From the NCBI GenBank assembly GCA_964106645.2, contig OZ067051.1: a DNA stretch of 64,000 bases, one strand, 5' to 3'. Below the pieces are notes generated by a model, which searched no databases, was not told where the DNA came from, and saw only the letters and a program-made list of their open reading frames with translations. Positions 62,301 through 64,000 of this stretch are shown piece by piece (position 1 is the stretch's first letter; every line of letters begins with the position of its first letter). Both the position numbers and the translations under genes were made by a program. This DNA comes from Podarcis pityusensis (taxonomy: Eukaryota).

Positions 62301-63363
62301 TAACAAACTACAGTTCCCAGGATTCTCTGGAAGGAAGCCATGGCTGCTAAAGTGGTACAATGCTGCCTTAAATATATAGCGCAGATGGGCCCAATGTCTC
62401 TCACACAGCAGGGGAGTTCGTTAATAACATTACCCAGCAGGGTGAATGGTATGGAGCTTTCTGTGCAATCCACACTTCCTGTGCAATTCACATGCGCTCC
62501 TCTACAGCCCGAGATTGCAACCTGGTAAATCAGCTGCCAAGGTTTTGGGCTGCGTGTGATAAAGGGGCCCATTAAGCTTTTCAATTTGTGGAAGCTGAGC
62601 AGAAAAAGGTTATCTGTGTGTCAACTATGGATAGGGTAGAAATTCAATTTTTGTTTGCATTTTATTGACAAGCCATCTAATTTGCACTTCTCAAATCAAG
62701 ATGCAAACCAAAACACACTTGTCTTCCGAAACCCACACTTCTCCAATTTTTGCAAAATACTCTTGTAAAGTGTGGACAGTTTTCAGCAACTTAGGGGAAA
62801 GCATGCATAAAAATGACTATAGTAGTGAAAACATACAAAAATGAATTATGGGAAACTGATTAGGGGGAAAATGTACATTAGTTAAAATTGCATTGAATAA
62901 TGTGCTTATTAGCAGGTATCTTCACTAAAACGTGGCTGAATTAAAATTTGCAGATTGCTTCAGAAATGTGGAGAAATGAATTTAAGATTGGGGAAAAAAT
63001 GAGATAGCGACAGAAACTTGGACTGACAAATTCATCCATCCCTAGGGTCAATGTCATACCGTGAGGCTTGATAGTCTTGGACTGTCCTTCTGGCAAGATG
63101 AGGAACAAACCATTGCTTCCAAATGTGCCCTGCAGATCAATAGTGCTGTATGGTATGGCACTGTGCCCGGAAAAGAACATCAACGTGTACCCTTTCAAGC
63201 TGACACCAGGATGCCCTTTCAGCTCTATAAATCGGTACAGAATGGTGTGGTTGGCCATGCCCAGTTCATTGATTACGACTGAGTGGTTCTGGGGCAGTTC
63301 CTCTGTGGAATTTGAGCCAGGAGGTGGGCAAGTATTTTCCTGGGAAGGAGTCATTTCTGTCAC
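53316..63363 (-). CDS. Uncharacterised type I membrane glycoprotein with lamin-tail-domain-like extracellular module; 3' part only (367 aa), 5' end outside the window
   Basis: Exons 63060-63363, 61270-61471, 59827-59957, 59187-59297, 57348-57545, 56633-56726 and 53316-53379 join in frame (1104 nt). Motifs: VVINEL...FIELKG...LKGYTLMFF, SLSRC...PTP..EN.C, a Cys cluster CFCGICQCYL, the TM helix WEIALIVVGSIFLVLLLAGTAFYCI, and the tail KRRPQNYTTIELNDRCEFMADF*. Confidence 0.8.
53898..54068 (+). mobile_element. tRNA-headed SINE
   Basis: A box TAGCTCAATGG and B box GGTTCAATCCC, followed by a body shared with copies at about 21810, 26290, 52620 and 61680. Confidence 0.7.
57701..57942. mobile_element. 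Tigger-like MITE (family A)
   Basis: TIR CAGTGGTACC with TA TSDs at 57699-57700 and 57943-57944. Confidence 0.85.
60100..60462 (-). mobile_element. Degenerate CR1 3' fragment
   Basis: Aligns by eye to the 3' end of the CR1 at 16414 (GTCCAACCCCCTGC, GGTGCCCAGAACTGGACACA). Confidence 0.65.
60890..61107. mobile_element. Tigger-like MITE (family A, opposite orientation)
   Basis: TIR CAGTGGTAC and TA TSD; the internal sequence is the reverse complement of the 20278 and 57701 copies. Confidence 0.8.
61807..62043. mobile_element. TcMar-type MITE nested in a tRNA-derived SINE
   Basis: Termini CAGTCAAA...TTTGACTG with TA TSD; SINE sequence resumes on both sides. Confidence 0.75.
62071..62392. mobile_element. 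Long palindromic MITE-like element
   Basis: Imperfect inverted arms (CATCTGC.../...GCAGATG; ACTGTAGTTTGTTAAG/CTTAACAAACTACAGT). A half copy lies at about 58575-58680. Confidence 0.6.
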
Positions 63364-64000
63364 CTGCAGGAGAAACCCACAAAGACTTGCTAGGCCTGAA
63401 ATATTACATATTCTAATAACATTTCTAACCTCTGTGCATTTGGTTTTAAAACAGACTTGGGTTGTAAGTTGCTTTTGGAAAGAAAAAGTGACTGATACAT
63501 TGAATAAATGATAATTAAAGAATAAGTCAAGGTGTAGAGCAGGGCTTCCCAATCTGTGGTCCATGAGCTTCATTCATTCATACATAGAAAAAAGGGCTTA
63601 TTGATGGCTATAGGGTAGTAAGAGGCAGCAATGTTTCTGCTGCTGGAAACCAGAGGAGGGAAGAGTGTTATTGTGCTTGAATCTTGTTCGTTGGTGTCCC
63701 ACAGGACAGGATGCCGGACTAGATGGGCCATTGGGCTGATCCAACATTCTTTTCTTGTGTTCTTATGCTAGCTGGCCTGTGGCATATCCATATTAAACAC
63801 TCATATTGGGTTTTTTTAAAATTGCATTTTAATTGCTTCTTTTATTTCTTATATTATATTACTCTCTGAATTACAGGGAATTCAAACTGCCATACAATCA
63901 AATACAATATCAGAAAGAAAAGAAGCAATAAAAATACAATAAAAATCATGTTGGATCTAGAACAGCGTTTTACAATTGCTGCAATGGGCAGAAAAATCAT

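Overview
Vertebrate genomic DNA. The repeat content (Sauria-type SINE, BovB/RTE, CR1, Tigger and hAT MITEs) points to a squamate, probably a lacertid lizard. Five multi-exon genes were reconstructed by hand from GT-AG boundaries, with consistent reading frames. (1) The last two coding exons of IFT140 (+). (2) Complete TELO2 (-, 20 coding exons, 828 aa), tail-to-tail with IFT140. (3) Complete RNPS1 (-, 7 coding exons, 307 aa). (4) An unnamed 4-exon gene (+, 395 aa) with an N-terminal Tc1/paired-like helix-turn-helix, a TQT (LC8-type) motif, a coiled coil and SUMO-type motifs. (5) The 3' part (7 exons, 367 aa) of an unnamed type I membrane protein (-) with a lamin-tail-like extracellular module. 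The most notable observations are the two uncharacterised genes, a splice-junction-assembled AUG with an in-frame-stop exon in RNPS1, a solo LTR just upstream of the last exon of the HTH gene, and Penelope-type minimal hammerhead remnants. All homology calls come from recall of the protein families, not from searches.
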